DNA from: Bigelowiella natans CCMP2755
Taxonomy: Eukaryota; Protista; Cercozoa
Direction: 5' to 3'
NCBI GenBank assembly: GCA_000320545.1
Contig: ADNK01000875.1
Location: forward strand, 1 to 64,000
Length of the DNA stretch: 64,000 nucleotides
Shown here: one piece after another, positions 14,464 to 26,437 of the stretch
Layout: each line of letters opens with the position of its first letter
Position numbering within the stretch: the stretch's first letter is position 1
Notes under the pieces: generated by a model
Databases searched by the model: none
Told to the model about the DNA's origin: nothing
What the model saw: the letters and a program-made list of their open reading frames with translations, nothing else
Program-made: the position numbers and the translations under genes

Positions 14464-16361
14464 CGTGTTGTGTACCTCTCTAATGTGTCCTCTCCACCAT
14501 TTTTATCGTCTGCTTTTCCTTCTTGTTTTTGTTCATTCTTCTCCCTCCAGGATCATGGAAGGCCTGATACTGCGCGCTCAGCACGAATCATCCTTAGTGA
14601 GTGAAAGCATTAAGAAGCAAGAGTGTAGCAATCGTCGTAGTAAAATGCATCACTATGATCCTATCGTCTTCGTCATCATTCCTTTGTCATAATCGCACAC
14701 TCTTTTCCTGACGATAACCTCTATTCTCCCGATGTTCCACCAGGTGATTTTGTCAACGGAAAGCTTGTTTTTGCCCATCCCCCCCCAAACCTGTCGCGAC
14801 CAGAATTACGAGCTTTTCTTATCGCAGTAGAGCGAGAAAAAATGGGAGGGGTAGCTGTTTTTTCATCATCATCGTCGTCGTCATCTGTGGCACCAACAGC
14901 ATCCTCCTCATCATTATCATCATCATCGTCCTTCATGCGTCATCGTGATGGATCATCCTCCTCGCAGCTTTCTTTTCCTAAGGGCAAAGAGGTATTATTG
15001 AAGACCGGATGGTGGTGCAACGAGACTTGTTTCTTTCTTGTTTTTTTCATATTTCCATTAGTAGGCCATTCATGATCGTATTGTTGTGCTATATCCTTAT
15101 CACTTAAATTGTTTCTTTGCTATTCGCCCCTTGAGTTGGTCGGTTTGAAGGGGGGTGCATTGATACCTTGAACGACAACGGGAATGATGATGATGATGAT
15201 GATATGACAAAAAATGCTTTATCAATAATGATGCTGTCACTCCTCCGGCTATTCTAACGATTCTGAGATGAACAACACCACAGCACTTATTTTAAATGAT
15301 TTTGCAAAACACACATCATAGGTGTGGGGAAACGCTGCCTCAGCGCAAGGTGATGGTGATACGAAGAAGTCGATGGCAGCTCGAAGAGGCGGAGCAGCAG
15401 CATCATCATCAGATTCTAGTAATAATAGTAGGGTGGAGAATGCTGCAGAGGACTACGACATACCTCTAGCTGCAGGCCAGGCTACCTCGAAAGTAGTATT
15501 GAGTCAAACATTCCACATCATCATCATAATTATCATCATCACCACCACCACCACCACCACTGTTATATATCATCACCTCCTCCACAACTATCACCATGTA
15601 CCTAGCACGCTACTCCTGCGGTTCTTACTTGACTACTCACGCGTTTTCCTAATCTTTGCCGTCGATTGTTGTCGACTTGTCCATTCCTTACTAACAGGGA
15701 AAGACCGAGATCGCCGCTGCCGCGTTAGAGGAGGACGGTGGGCTGCTGAACCAGATTTTGGATGATGACGTCGCTTTCAATCCCTATGAATCAGGGAAAT
15801 TGAAGCCTAACACCAACAAGAAGATGAGCAAGCGTGAGCGCAGGCGACTCCGGAAACTTAACAAGGTAGAGTTGGACACCACTAAGATAACAAGAGTATG
15901 GAAATTATGACTCTGATATTGATGATAATATTGGCGGCAAATTGAAATGGGAGCCAGTGGTGATGAAAAACAATTGAATTGGCTTCTAATGAAAGTATTT
16001 CTGGCAATAATCTAATTTCATAGATGTCGAATCAAGCCAGACGGGAAGTTGGTTTTACAAGTAAAAAAATCGGAGGTATTGAGACTAATGTAGTTGGCGA
16101 AGTGCATGATGCTCCTATGCACTTAGGAACTATGGTAGTAGTATCACTATAATTAGCAGCGATCCAAAGTGCCATATGCAGCACATTAAGAATTATCTTC
16201 ACTACAGTAGAGTTTACTCAAGAAGTCTCACTATCACTTTACTCCTCTCTATTGTGGCATTGTTGATCACATTTGTACTTTTACATCTGTATTCATTAGA
16301 AATTCCTGGGAGCAGCATATCGCGGAATGGAAATGTTGTTGCAGTACCGTCTTTTCAGTGA
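10241..16361 (+). CDS. LSG1: Large subunit GTPase 1 (circularly permuted GTPase, 60S maturation), about 20 exons; 3' end approximate
   Basis: [90 protein letters not shown]. Confidence 0.95.
12214..12326. repeat. Intronic (CTA/CTG)n microsatellite in LSG1
   Basis: Directly visible; one of many (CA)n, (TA)n, (GA)n, (GGA)n and (GAA)n tracts in introns. Confidence 0.9.
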
Positions 16362-16564
16362 TGACGTTGTGAAATTTTGTAATTAAACATGCAAAATGAC
16401 AGTGCTAGAGTGTACGTGGTGATGCGTTGATGCCCGCACTAGAACATTTGCATTTAACGAAAGCATTGGCTCCAGGACTAGAGTAGCTGTGCGCGGCGTA
16501 GGGGCAAGCAACATGCATGCAAACAAGATGCGAGACATCACATTGTGTGATTGCCTGTGTCGTA

Positions 16565-17600
16565 CGTGCTTTTGATTCGCATTTGCAGACAATCACACAA
16601 CTCAGGATGCTGACAGCAACACTTTCTGTTTCTGATGGCTTTGTTTGACATGTGACATGACGTCTAGACGTGCGAGCTTTTTCCGGCTAGCCGGCTGGCT
16701 AGCAGCAAGTAGTCACAAACTCTGCAGAACTGGAAGACAAGAGTTGCGCCATGCGTCGTTGCAGTGTCAACAAGGAGCGTGCAGGCGAGCGCATGGGATG
16801 CCAACACAGCCAGCCCTAGCCAGCCAGAGCCATAGCCAGGAAGCGATGCACAATGCAGACGAAGTTGGAAAAGAACGTGGGCAGTTCTCAATTTGTTTGC
16901 TGGATCTCATGATCGCATGTGATCGTGCATGCAATGACAACACCAGAACAGCTAGAAAAGCAGCGAAGCACGCTGGCACGTGTGGCGACTGGTTGACGAT
17001 GATGAAAAGGCTTTGAGTCTGCGCTGACAAGCTAGCAAGGCTGCGTGCACCGGCATCGCTGATCTTTGCTTCGTTTGACACATTGTGCAACCAACACAAC
17101 ACGCACGCAGTGCACTGTGTGACTGCCATCTAGCCATGCACGCACATCGCAGACTGGTGCAAGCAGGCCAGCACTGGCAGCAGGCAGTCGCAGGACTGTC
17201 GTTCATCGTTCACTCTCAATCAGTCACATGGCGCGTGAAACCACACCTGTTGAGACGTCACAGATGGCACGTGTGTGAGCCTTTTCTGTTGGCACCTTTT
17301 TCATCGACGCGGAGCGTGAAAACGTGAACGAGGCCCACACAACACGCACTCTTGATCGACACGGTCTCAATCGTGTTGATGCCTCGCTAGCTCGCCACAG
17401 GCTAGCAGGCAGCACAGACCTCCTCAACCGAGAACTGAGCAGTGTTCGAACAACGCCCGGAGTTGTTTCAAGAAAGAAGGAAAGCTCAATGATCGACTGC
17501 ACGGAGTCAACAATGACAAACTACATGGACGCACGATCAATGAAGTTGGGCAGTGCACATCAGCGACATACAAATGATGAACATTCGGCGATTTTTTGAT
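16565..17600. other. TpA-depleted island, possibly a decayed mobile element or pseudogene
   Basis: Hand count over 16621-17520: 11 TpA in 900 bp, 9 of them in CTAG; no credible ORF or splice chain. Confidence 0.6.
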
Positions 17601-18037
17601 TCAATAATTCCAAAAAGTGCGATTTCTTCTCCTTACCTGTTAAATTTTGATAAATCCATCGAAATTGACTGACTTTTGACTAGAAAATGGACAAGATTCA
17701 ATGAAAAGAAAAAGTCGGTCCAAGGCGTAGCTCAATACGTTTGGGTGAGGATTTTGTTTGAAGATTACCTTCAAATAGTCACTACGACAAAGAGAAAATG
17801 TGAAAATAGTTTGATTTTGGACACTTGTGGATTCGTCCGGTCAGAGTAAAAAGGCGTGAGATTTTCAAGATAGCTCTAATTTGTATGCATCCTAATTGCC
17901 GTTATATATTCAAAGAAAGTATATTATTTTGATGTCGTAGAATATTATAGCATTGTTTTTCATAGTAAAGGCCTGTTTTCCTGTATTAAGCAACTGTCTG
18001 AGGTTCTTCGACACTGCATTCCCCCCACCCTACTACA

Positions 18038-18484
18038 ATGCTGTCCCGTGGACTGAACAAGATTGCCCGCAGGTCGCAGCGAACTAAAACACTCCTATCT
18101 TTAGATTCATTGCTTTTTTTTTAAATCTGTTGAAAGCTTGGATTAATACGTGTATATTCTCAGGATGAGGGTCACACCTGTGATTTCACGATCTCTGGCA
18201 ATGCAAACTATTGCTCCATACCCAGATGCGCCAGACGTAAAAATTCAAGTTGATATTACCAAATACGATGATGCAACTGAGAAAAGAATGGCTGCATTGG
18301 GTAAAATCTCATTCGTCTTCCCAGTGTTTTGCAAGCAATGATTTTCTTTTTTCCTGCAGCTGCTTCTGAGTCTGAGGTCTCGCCATACCATCCTTCCAAG
18401 CTTTACAGCACAGGAAACCAGAGTGAGGTTCCAAAATGGACCACTGATTTCTGGAAGATCACTCAACATGATTGTGCTCACTAA
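18038..18484 (+). CDS. Small (~98 aa) putative mitochondrial protein, 3 exons (18038-18072, 18164-18300, 18360-18484)
   Basis: Phase-compatible GT-AG introns; N-terminus MLSRGLNKIARRMRVTPVISRSL is Arg-rich with no acidic residues, like a presequence. Confidence 0.72.
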
Positions 18485-18749
18485 ATGATGTGTTGATGAA
18501 TGCTGCGATTCCAAGGAATTGAGACCACTTGAGACAATACCACCGCTTATAGTGATACCAAAAACATTGGGAAGTCATGGTCGATTATTGCCTGTCGATT
18601 CCAGTATCATCCCACTTAGTGTTGCGATCGATCCATAAATCTAATCAGATCATCATGCTAGAAAAAAAGAACGACGATGTTTATGTGCATGTAATGTGCA
18701 TACCCACACACATCCACACACGCTTTATGTGTGTGTGTACACGTATATA

Positions 18750-18751
<2 letters not shown>

Positions 18752-18804
<53 letters not shown>
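18752..18804. repeat. (TA)n microsatellite
   Basis: Directly visible. Confidence 0.95.
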
Positions 18805-18807
<3 letters not shown>

Positions 18808-18822
18808 TAATTTATATAATTA

Positions 18823-18872
18823 TTTTCAATGGTCATCCTAATGTAGCTATGCAAAGCAGCGGCCGCCAGCGC
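18823..18872 (+). repeat. Dispersed ~80 bp two-hairpin repeat, partial copy
   Basis: ttttcaatggtcatcctaatgtagctatgcaaagcagcggc is identical to the core of the 49905-49984 copy. Confidence 0.9.
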
Positions 18873-19519
18873 GTGCATTTATTATCGCCTTGTTAATCGA
18901 TTCATGCGCTAGCAGCTAGCTAGCTAGGCAGAAGGTGTAGCTAGCCGCTTTTGTATGTCTAGCTAGATGTGCACACCATGCTAGCATGCACTAGAACATA
19001 CCAGTAGCTACGTCATTTTTCATACACGCGATGTGTTAATTTGAATGCTTTATCCTATATAGCAAGCAGTATTGCAGGTACGTCTAGACGTGCGTAGCGT
19101 ACGTTATTATATGACCGTAGCAGCGCGTTGACAACTCAACATTACTTTCACATTGCACGCTAGCATGTCTATGTATAGTCGGCTAGCTAGCTAGATGTTT
19201 TCGTCATGATCATGCATGCTGCACATCCTGCTAGCTAGCTCATATGTGTGGCGTCTCTAGCTGTGCGAAGTGTGCATGCAATAACAACAGATGGATAGCC
19301 ATTGCAACACATGCGATGCGCAATCAAAATAACATCGTACAAAAATGACCATAATGATGACGATGCATGCACTTTCACCAACGGTGTGGCCCGCATCGCG
19401 AGATCGGAATATATAACTCTCAGGATCCACTAACCTTTCCATACCACACCTCCTGAGGAAAAATTCGAAGATGAAAGCAAAATCTTTGCTGCATGAAGTC
19501 TTAGATTTATCATGGCGTA

Positions 19520-21666
19520 TTATCTAGTTGTACGTTTCTGAGAACCTTGTTTCTTTTTCTGCGAAGCAAGTTGTCTCTTCAAATTCAGGATATCGACATT
19601 GGCCTCATTTAATCTAGGAGAAGTGAAATTATACTAACTTAAGACTCCAATGGATGCTGTATCGTGAAATCAATGAAATTGGAAAACTGAGAAGATACCT
19701 TTGTTGAGAGGCCCTGACGTGATACCTGTAAGAAGAAGATGTGAGAGGCCGGCACATTAAATAGAAATAAACTGCAAATGATACTTTTGTTTGAAAAGCT
19801 CTGCTTCCAATTCGCCAATGCGCTTATTTTTAGTTTGAAGAGTCGTCTCTGTTTATGATATATGGTCTTAATTTTTTTAATACTCTTCAGTTAAGATATC
19901 ACATTAAGATATGTTCACCTAGATCTCGAACCATAGTTTTATCAGAAGCCCTATTAGTGATTAAATACATCAGCTTCGCACATTTATATTACTTCATCCA
20001 ACGTGTAGAATAAGGAGGGAATGGTAGCGAGTATATTTTCAAATAATTGGGTATTTATTCGCAAATTTGTGAGTGTGCACGTGTTGATAGCTACTCTTAC
20101 CTATCTATGCCATCATCAGTCCTTCTCCGAACCTGTGAAGCAAAAATCAAAGTTCTTTGCTTGCGTATTGATACGTACTAATCATCGATGCAAACCGGAG
20201 AATGTGCCCTGGATCGTGCAGGAGTCACAGCCGGTGAAGGGCCTGGGGTAAGACCTGTATGGAATCAAAGAAACTAAATAACAATACGGGTCATTACTGT
20301 TGTGCAACATGTTAACATACTACCTGTGTGGAATTTGACCTCCTTTTCGGCCGATGCTTCATTTGATGAAGGATCTGACGGGTAAGCACACTTTTGATGT
20401 TGGTTTCATGCGAATAATTCACATGTGGATCGTGTACCGGATGTCGATAGTGTAGCTCCATCAGCGGCGGACCCATCGGCAGGCACTTTCGCATCAGCCT
20501 CATTTTTTTGCGTTCCTGTGTCCGTTGAGAGTTTTAGGAATCACACTTTAACGGTGATGCAAAAAATGAAAAATGCTTTCAGTTACCGCAATTTGTCTTC
20601 CACCACTTCACCCGTTCTTGGAGCTCTTTATTCTGCAATAAAAACCACATTACTACTATTTTTCTCTTTTTCTAAGACAGAATTTCTATTTCAAATGCAT
20701 TGCTGAATCACCTCTTTAAGCAGTCTCTGCGACACGATATTTGCCTCAGCGGTCTCTGTATATTGTGTTGTAAGTTAGTTTGCCCTTCCTCTTATCAGAT
20801 GTTAATGAAATTACCATTCTTCGCTTCCTCAAGTTGGAGCTGGACTTCTCGGAGTTCCTTCTTCTTTCTGTAAATTTCGATCAAGTATTTTTCAGCTACT
20901 ACTATCTATCAATCTATCTCTATTGTAGTGATTCTTTCCAACTTCTAGAAGCACGTAATTCCGCCAAGTGAAACACCACGTGGAATACTACTACTTTGAT
21001 AGCTGCCTGTTGAACTTCGTCTCAAGATGCGCATATATGAGCTTCGGGACAGTCTCAGCTTCCGCCTTGGATGGAGGTGATTCATCGTAAAGTTAGAGGT
21101 TGCAATTAAAATCATCGTTCATCTCATAGACGAGCACCTCCTGAGCTGCTTTGTTCAATATGTCTAGTGCAGTGGAATCCATGGAAGGGCCTAAGACCGT
21201 GTGGATCAAAATTAGATCAAGAGGATGATCATATCGACTTCCAGGATTGACTTCACGGTAAGCTATCAACATTCCATACTATAGGAATTATTTGCAACCT
21301 TCTCTCTTGATCTTACGAAGTCTCTCCTTTGCGTTGGGGCCTGCCACCTATTTACGATACAATTATGTTCAGACTGTAGAATTAGCGAGCAAATCCCGAA
21401 ACTGTGTTGCAAAATGATTGGGTACCTCCATCAGCGTTTTCACAGTATTGATGTATTCTGTCTCTCTATATGTCAGGTACATCCGGACAATGGTGACTAC
21501 CTGCATAATATTCACAACATCAAACGACACGAACACAGAACGCACAGTTAGTAGGACAACACGCTTTACCACACGCATGTAAATGAAATATCCATGCTAT
21601 ATATCATTAATGTACTCGTCATGCTTCAGAGGTTGATTGTCTGTCTGCACACACAAACACACACAC

Positions 21667-21715
<49 letters not shown>

Positions 21716-23355
21716 GTGCGAATGTGTAAGCTAACATGCGATCGACAAGACCCACCTCGCTAGCTAGAGCATGGAGAGACAACGAACCCAAATATTGCCT
21801 TTTTGGATGATCTCAATAAGCATTTTCACAAAGTATCATAGAAATAAACCCCGAGATTCACTCGAACGAAAAGGTGCAAGCGTTAACGTGTAAGTTTCAA
21901 TTTGCCTCTGAATGAGAGAATCCAACGCAGCCCGTATTTTAGCTTTGTTTTCGGGGGTAATCTTCCGAACCCTTTAGATTGTTTGTGAGTAATGAATGAG
22001 GGAACAAAGTACTTAACCTATGAGACGTTACCGTTTCGAGAATAACGTTTCAATGTTGATGTTCTCATCATCTGGTTTCTTTTTCCTGAAGCGCCCTGTA
22101 TCATACACAATCAGCCTCCGCATAGTGACATCCTCAGACGAATACACATTCGTCTTCAGATTAGAGCAGGTGCATGATATTGATTACTTTTCCTTTTCTC
22201 TTTTTCCTTATTTGAGCCCCCTCCTTCCCGGAACTCAGATTAAAAAAAGAATTTAGAAGTAAATGCATCGATCGAGTATGTCAAAGTTTCCTATCATGCC
22301 ACCTGGCTATCCTCTTCATATTCTTCATTCCTAATGATAGGTAATTTTGAGATAGAGCCTCTTCAATTAGAAACAGATAAATTTATTACGTTGGGGTGTT
22401 GAATCGGGTGATGCACTCGATGTAAAACCTCGTCAGTGCCTCTCTTAAGATGATAATTTGGTTCAGTTGAAGTGAAGAATTTCTGAGACTATTTGGTAGG
22501 AACAGGGGGCACAATGAGATGACCACCTGCATTGTTCTGCATCTCGTAGTCCAAGTTGTTGCAAGCTGAGAAAACATTACGAGCAGTCATTCAACTTGCA
22601 ATGAATGAAAATTTTTGAATTGACCCGTCTTTGTCTTTCACTTCCTCTTCATCTGTTCGAGCAGGTGTTGCTGAAGAGTTCATGTGTAAAACCCAAAAAT
22701 AATAGGCGGCCGAACAATTCCCAGAACTAGCCGCCCTGGATGTGCATGCAATGATCCAAGCGAATTATGATGAGGATGTGGGCGCTGACACCATCACCGA
22801 TCATGCTTCTGCGACCCTAAAATATCCTTGTCGTCTTTGTTTTTCCCCATGGAATTTCATTTGAATCCAGCCATATCACTGATCATAGCGTTGTACAGGA
22901 TGTTTTTGGTAGATCTCTAGATCTAGGTCTAAGGAGGTTTTTCCTGTTCCTGCAACAAGAACGAGTAGAATTGTTGTTGTTTGTTCATCACATTTTGTCG
23001 CATAAATGTACGATACAAATCACAGTCTTTTGAGATCTAGAGTTTGCATCCATCATCAACTCCAAAGGTTCGCCGAGGTACACAGAGTAGTAAGTACCCC
23101 CTATAAATATTGATAGAAAATAACAACGCAATTTTCTACACGCGACTTACTTTGGTAGGAAGTTTTCGCGGTAGGAGGGAGTCCAGTCCCATGCTCGATG
23201 GAGCTAGATTTTTCCAAGGAATACTTGAAAATTGTGCTGTCGCTTTTGAAATATCGAGGGGAAATTGTATCAATTCTGCGATTTTTCGTCGGAAAGCAGC
23301 TTTGGTCTCCACTTCTATCTGTTTTGAGTGGCCGAAGGACCAAGCATCGAGGCAC
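19520..23355 (-). CDS. Hypothetical multi-exon protein with C-terminal coiled coil; 5' end uncertain
   Basis: Many short GT-AG exons (NSSATPARTDEEEVKDKD, LIVPLFLPNSLRNSSLQLNQIIILREALTRFYIECI, MDSTALDILNKAAQEVLVYEM, LNEANVDILNLKRQLASQKKKQGSQKRTTR*). Confidence 0.55.
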
Positions 23356-23741
23356 GGCGCTGTGTACATTAGGAGGTGTGGTATTGCTACTCCGTTCATA
23401 GAGCTGATTGTAATACTTTTATTTAAATGCATGCGTCATGTTGGATATTGAAGATTGCATGTCATAGTTCTCTTCGTAACTAATACATCCAAACTAGATA
23501 TATGTGTACATAAATGTACATATACATATTTACGCGTTGATCTCCAAACAAGAGCGCATGCGATGACATATCAACTACTGTAGTGGGAGTCGACCCACCT
23601 CCATCACTCAAATTGTTTTCCACCAACAGTAGGACATTTATTCAATTTTGATCCAAATCTGAGCATGGGAGGGGGAATCCCTCGATCGCAGCCTATCTCG
23701 TAAGTCTAGATCAAACATCTATTCTGGAACGCTTTATCGGG

Positions 23742-25529
23742 ATGCTTTCTCCGCCAGCAGCAACAAGCAGCAGCATTGAAGTGACGTCTACAGCAAAATT
23801 GCTCAAAGTACCCGATGTAAAAGATCATGATCACCAGATCCACAACGATGATCCTCTGTTCTCATCCGAATTTGACGATGCACAAAGCTCTGATGATTCA
23901 GAGGACCCTCAAGAGTATCGTCGAGGCGGATATCATTGGGTGCGCGTCGGGGATGTTTATAATGACCGTTATCTCATCCACCGGAAGCTAGGGTGGGGAC
24001 AGTTTTCGACTGTGTGGCTGGCGACGGATCTCTCGGTGGCTTATGATAGCCCCAACAAAGTTGTCGCACTAAAAATAATGAAAAGCGCAGCAGAATACAT
24101 CGAAGCGGCGCAGGACGAAATGGACCTCTTACGTGTAATAGCAAAGGCAGAAGATGGACCAGGAAAACGAAACATCGTACAAATGTTAGACACTTTTGAC
24201 TTGTATGGTCCTCACGGAACGCATTTGTGCATCTCTTTGGAATTGATGGGACGCTCTCTGCTCAGTTACCTACGTTCGACAGATAAGGGATTACCACTAA
24301 AGACTGTCAAACGACTCTCCTATCAAATGGCTATGGGAATCCATTATTTACACACCGTGTGCCACATCGTGCATACCGATATTAAACCGGAGAATTTCTT
24401 GCTCACTCGTCGTCATCCAGCTGATGCTAAGGCTCTGGAAAAGGCCACGTTAAAGCATCTCGAAACTCTGAAAGGCAAGCGCGTCCGTTACGACAAGAGA
24501 CCATCCGTTACTTCGCTCAAACCCAGGCTAAACGTGGAGAAGAAGGGGGAGGACAGAAGCATTGCTGGAAGCAGCACAAGTATGTTATCATGCGTTGGAA
24601 GGGGGGAGTCACAACACGAATTCATTTTACATAACTATTGAAATCTTATTCAATACACCATTGTAGTATCACTTTATTGTAACAAGCAAACTAATTTTAA
24701 AAACCGCTATAATGTGTAAGCCGATGAGAAGTCACGATCGGCTTCCGCTGAAGATTTGATCCTTGGATCGGGGGGAATGCCGTTACGTTTGCCCTCTCTG
24801 GAGAAACAAACGTCCACATCGACGGTCAAGTCCACCTTAACAGTCAACTGCGAGGAGGCAGAAATTAAAATATGCGACTTCGGCAACTCATGTATAGAGG
24901 ACCAAATGTAATAATCTCTCACAAAATCTGAGCACACCCAGCACATTTTCCATCACCTCAACTCCCGCTTCTTATCTTGTACTCCTTTTGAATCTAGGTA
25001 TAGCAGGGTTATATCCACTCGTCAATACCGTTCCCCCGAGGTGATTTTGGGATGCGACATTTGTGCTAAGACGGATATGTGGTCTTTGGGCTGTCTTATT
25101 TACGAGCTACTCACCGGCGACTATCTCTTCGATCCCGAGCACGAGGAAACTTCACGTGTACCGCGTGATGAGAGCCACCTGCAACTGATGATGGAATCAC
25201 TTGGTGAAATACCCCAGTCGATGCTCGACGAGGGAAAGAGCACCAATGAGTTCTTCGACAAAGGCGGCCAGCTCCGCCACACCAAAGTGAATGGATTTTG
25301 GGGCATTGAGCTCATGTTGCATCGGCGATATGGCATGGAAGAGAACGATGCAAAGGCGTCAGCTGAGGTCTTGCATGGGCTGCTTAAATACAATCCTAGA
25401 GAGAGGTGGTCTGCAGCAAATCTCATTAAGTCGGAATGGCTACAGCAACTACACTGCGCAACTACATGTCAGTGGGGCGGGATATCGACTATTCATGACG
25501 AGGCCAACGACTTCGGGAGCAAGGCTTAG
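23742..25529 (+). CDS. SRPK: SR-protein kinase (SRPK1/Sky1 family), multi-exon
   Basis: EDPQEYRRGGYH, RKLGWGQFSTVWLA, HTDIKPEN, spacer insert, IKICDFGN, STRQYRSPEVILG, DMWSLGC, TGDYLFDP. Confidence 0.93.
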
Positions 25530-26175
25530 CTTCCTTGCGTGTGCCCGTAGTGCTACACCAGCATAGCTTTCCTATTTTTGACCAATCCAAATGATTTACA
25601 AGCTTTATGCACACAATTCTTTTCTAAATAAAACAAATAAATAGCGGCAGCACTGGGTTATGTTGGCATCGCATGGAGAATATAGATAGAGTAAGTCAAT
25701 AACTGCTAGTATTACACAGTATTACGCATGCTACCATATATGCATATCTCTGTGATGACATGACATCTATCGACATCTTGCAGGTCGATCTAGAGGTGCA
25801 CAGCACCGCGCACACTGTAGTAGCACGGTCAGAACGTAGATTTTATCTTGCTGTACGTGTGCCATTTACGCCATAGCATAGCTAATAGATAGCTAAGAAT
25901 ATCTCAGATATGGCGGTGTCGTGGTGCGTCATTGCATTGCGTTCGCTGCATACTGTCGCTAGATCGCTAAATAACAACAAGCACACGTACATGCTACTTT
26001 GTTGTCTAGCTAGTTGTGTGCATACTGATATACTGATCGATCCGGCTGGATAGACGACGGCCACGCGCAACGTACGTCCATCCGAGAATATTACGGCGTT
26101 ACACAATTGGATGTACCATTCAATCGAAACCCAACCGAAAGCAAAAGAGGCATATTAGATTAGATAATAATGACA

Positions 26176-26254
26176 CGCTGTAGCTTCAGCATTGCACAGC
26201 TAAATTAGGATTACAACTGAAAAAATGTAATGACTTCATTACATCCGTCTCATA
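26176..26254 (-). repeat. Dispersed two-hairpin repeat, diverged copy
   Basis: cgctgtagc..ttgcacagcta.attagga..tgaaaaaatgtaat..ttcattacatccgtctcata aligns to the reverse complement of 49905-49984. Confidence 0.8.
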
Positions 26255-26437
26255 ACGACACGTACTGCGCACTAGAAGACGAATGAAAAAGCAAAATCAA
26301 AGACCCGGAGAAAATTGGCTAAAAGCAAGGCACTCGTTCAAAGTGTAATGAGATTGCTCATATGACTAAAAGTAACTGAATATATTACACATTTCTTCAA
26401 ACTGTGGGTCTGATACATTGGAAAAACTCTTTGAGAT

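Noticed and set aside
16383-17599. Several 60-120 aa ORFs on both strands
   Set aside because: They are His/Cys/Ala-rich by-products of TpA (stop codon) depletion, with no motifs or splice structure.
17715-17760. ggcgtagctcaat resembles a tRNA 5' end / A-box
   Set aside because: No B-box (GTTCRA) or cloverleaf follows.
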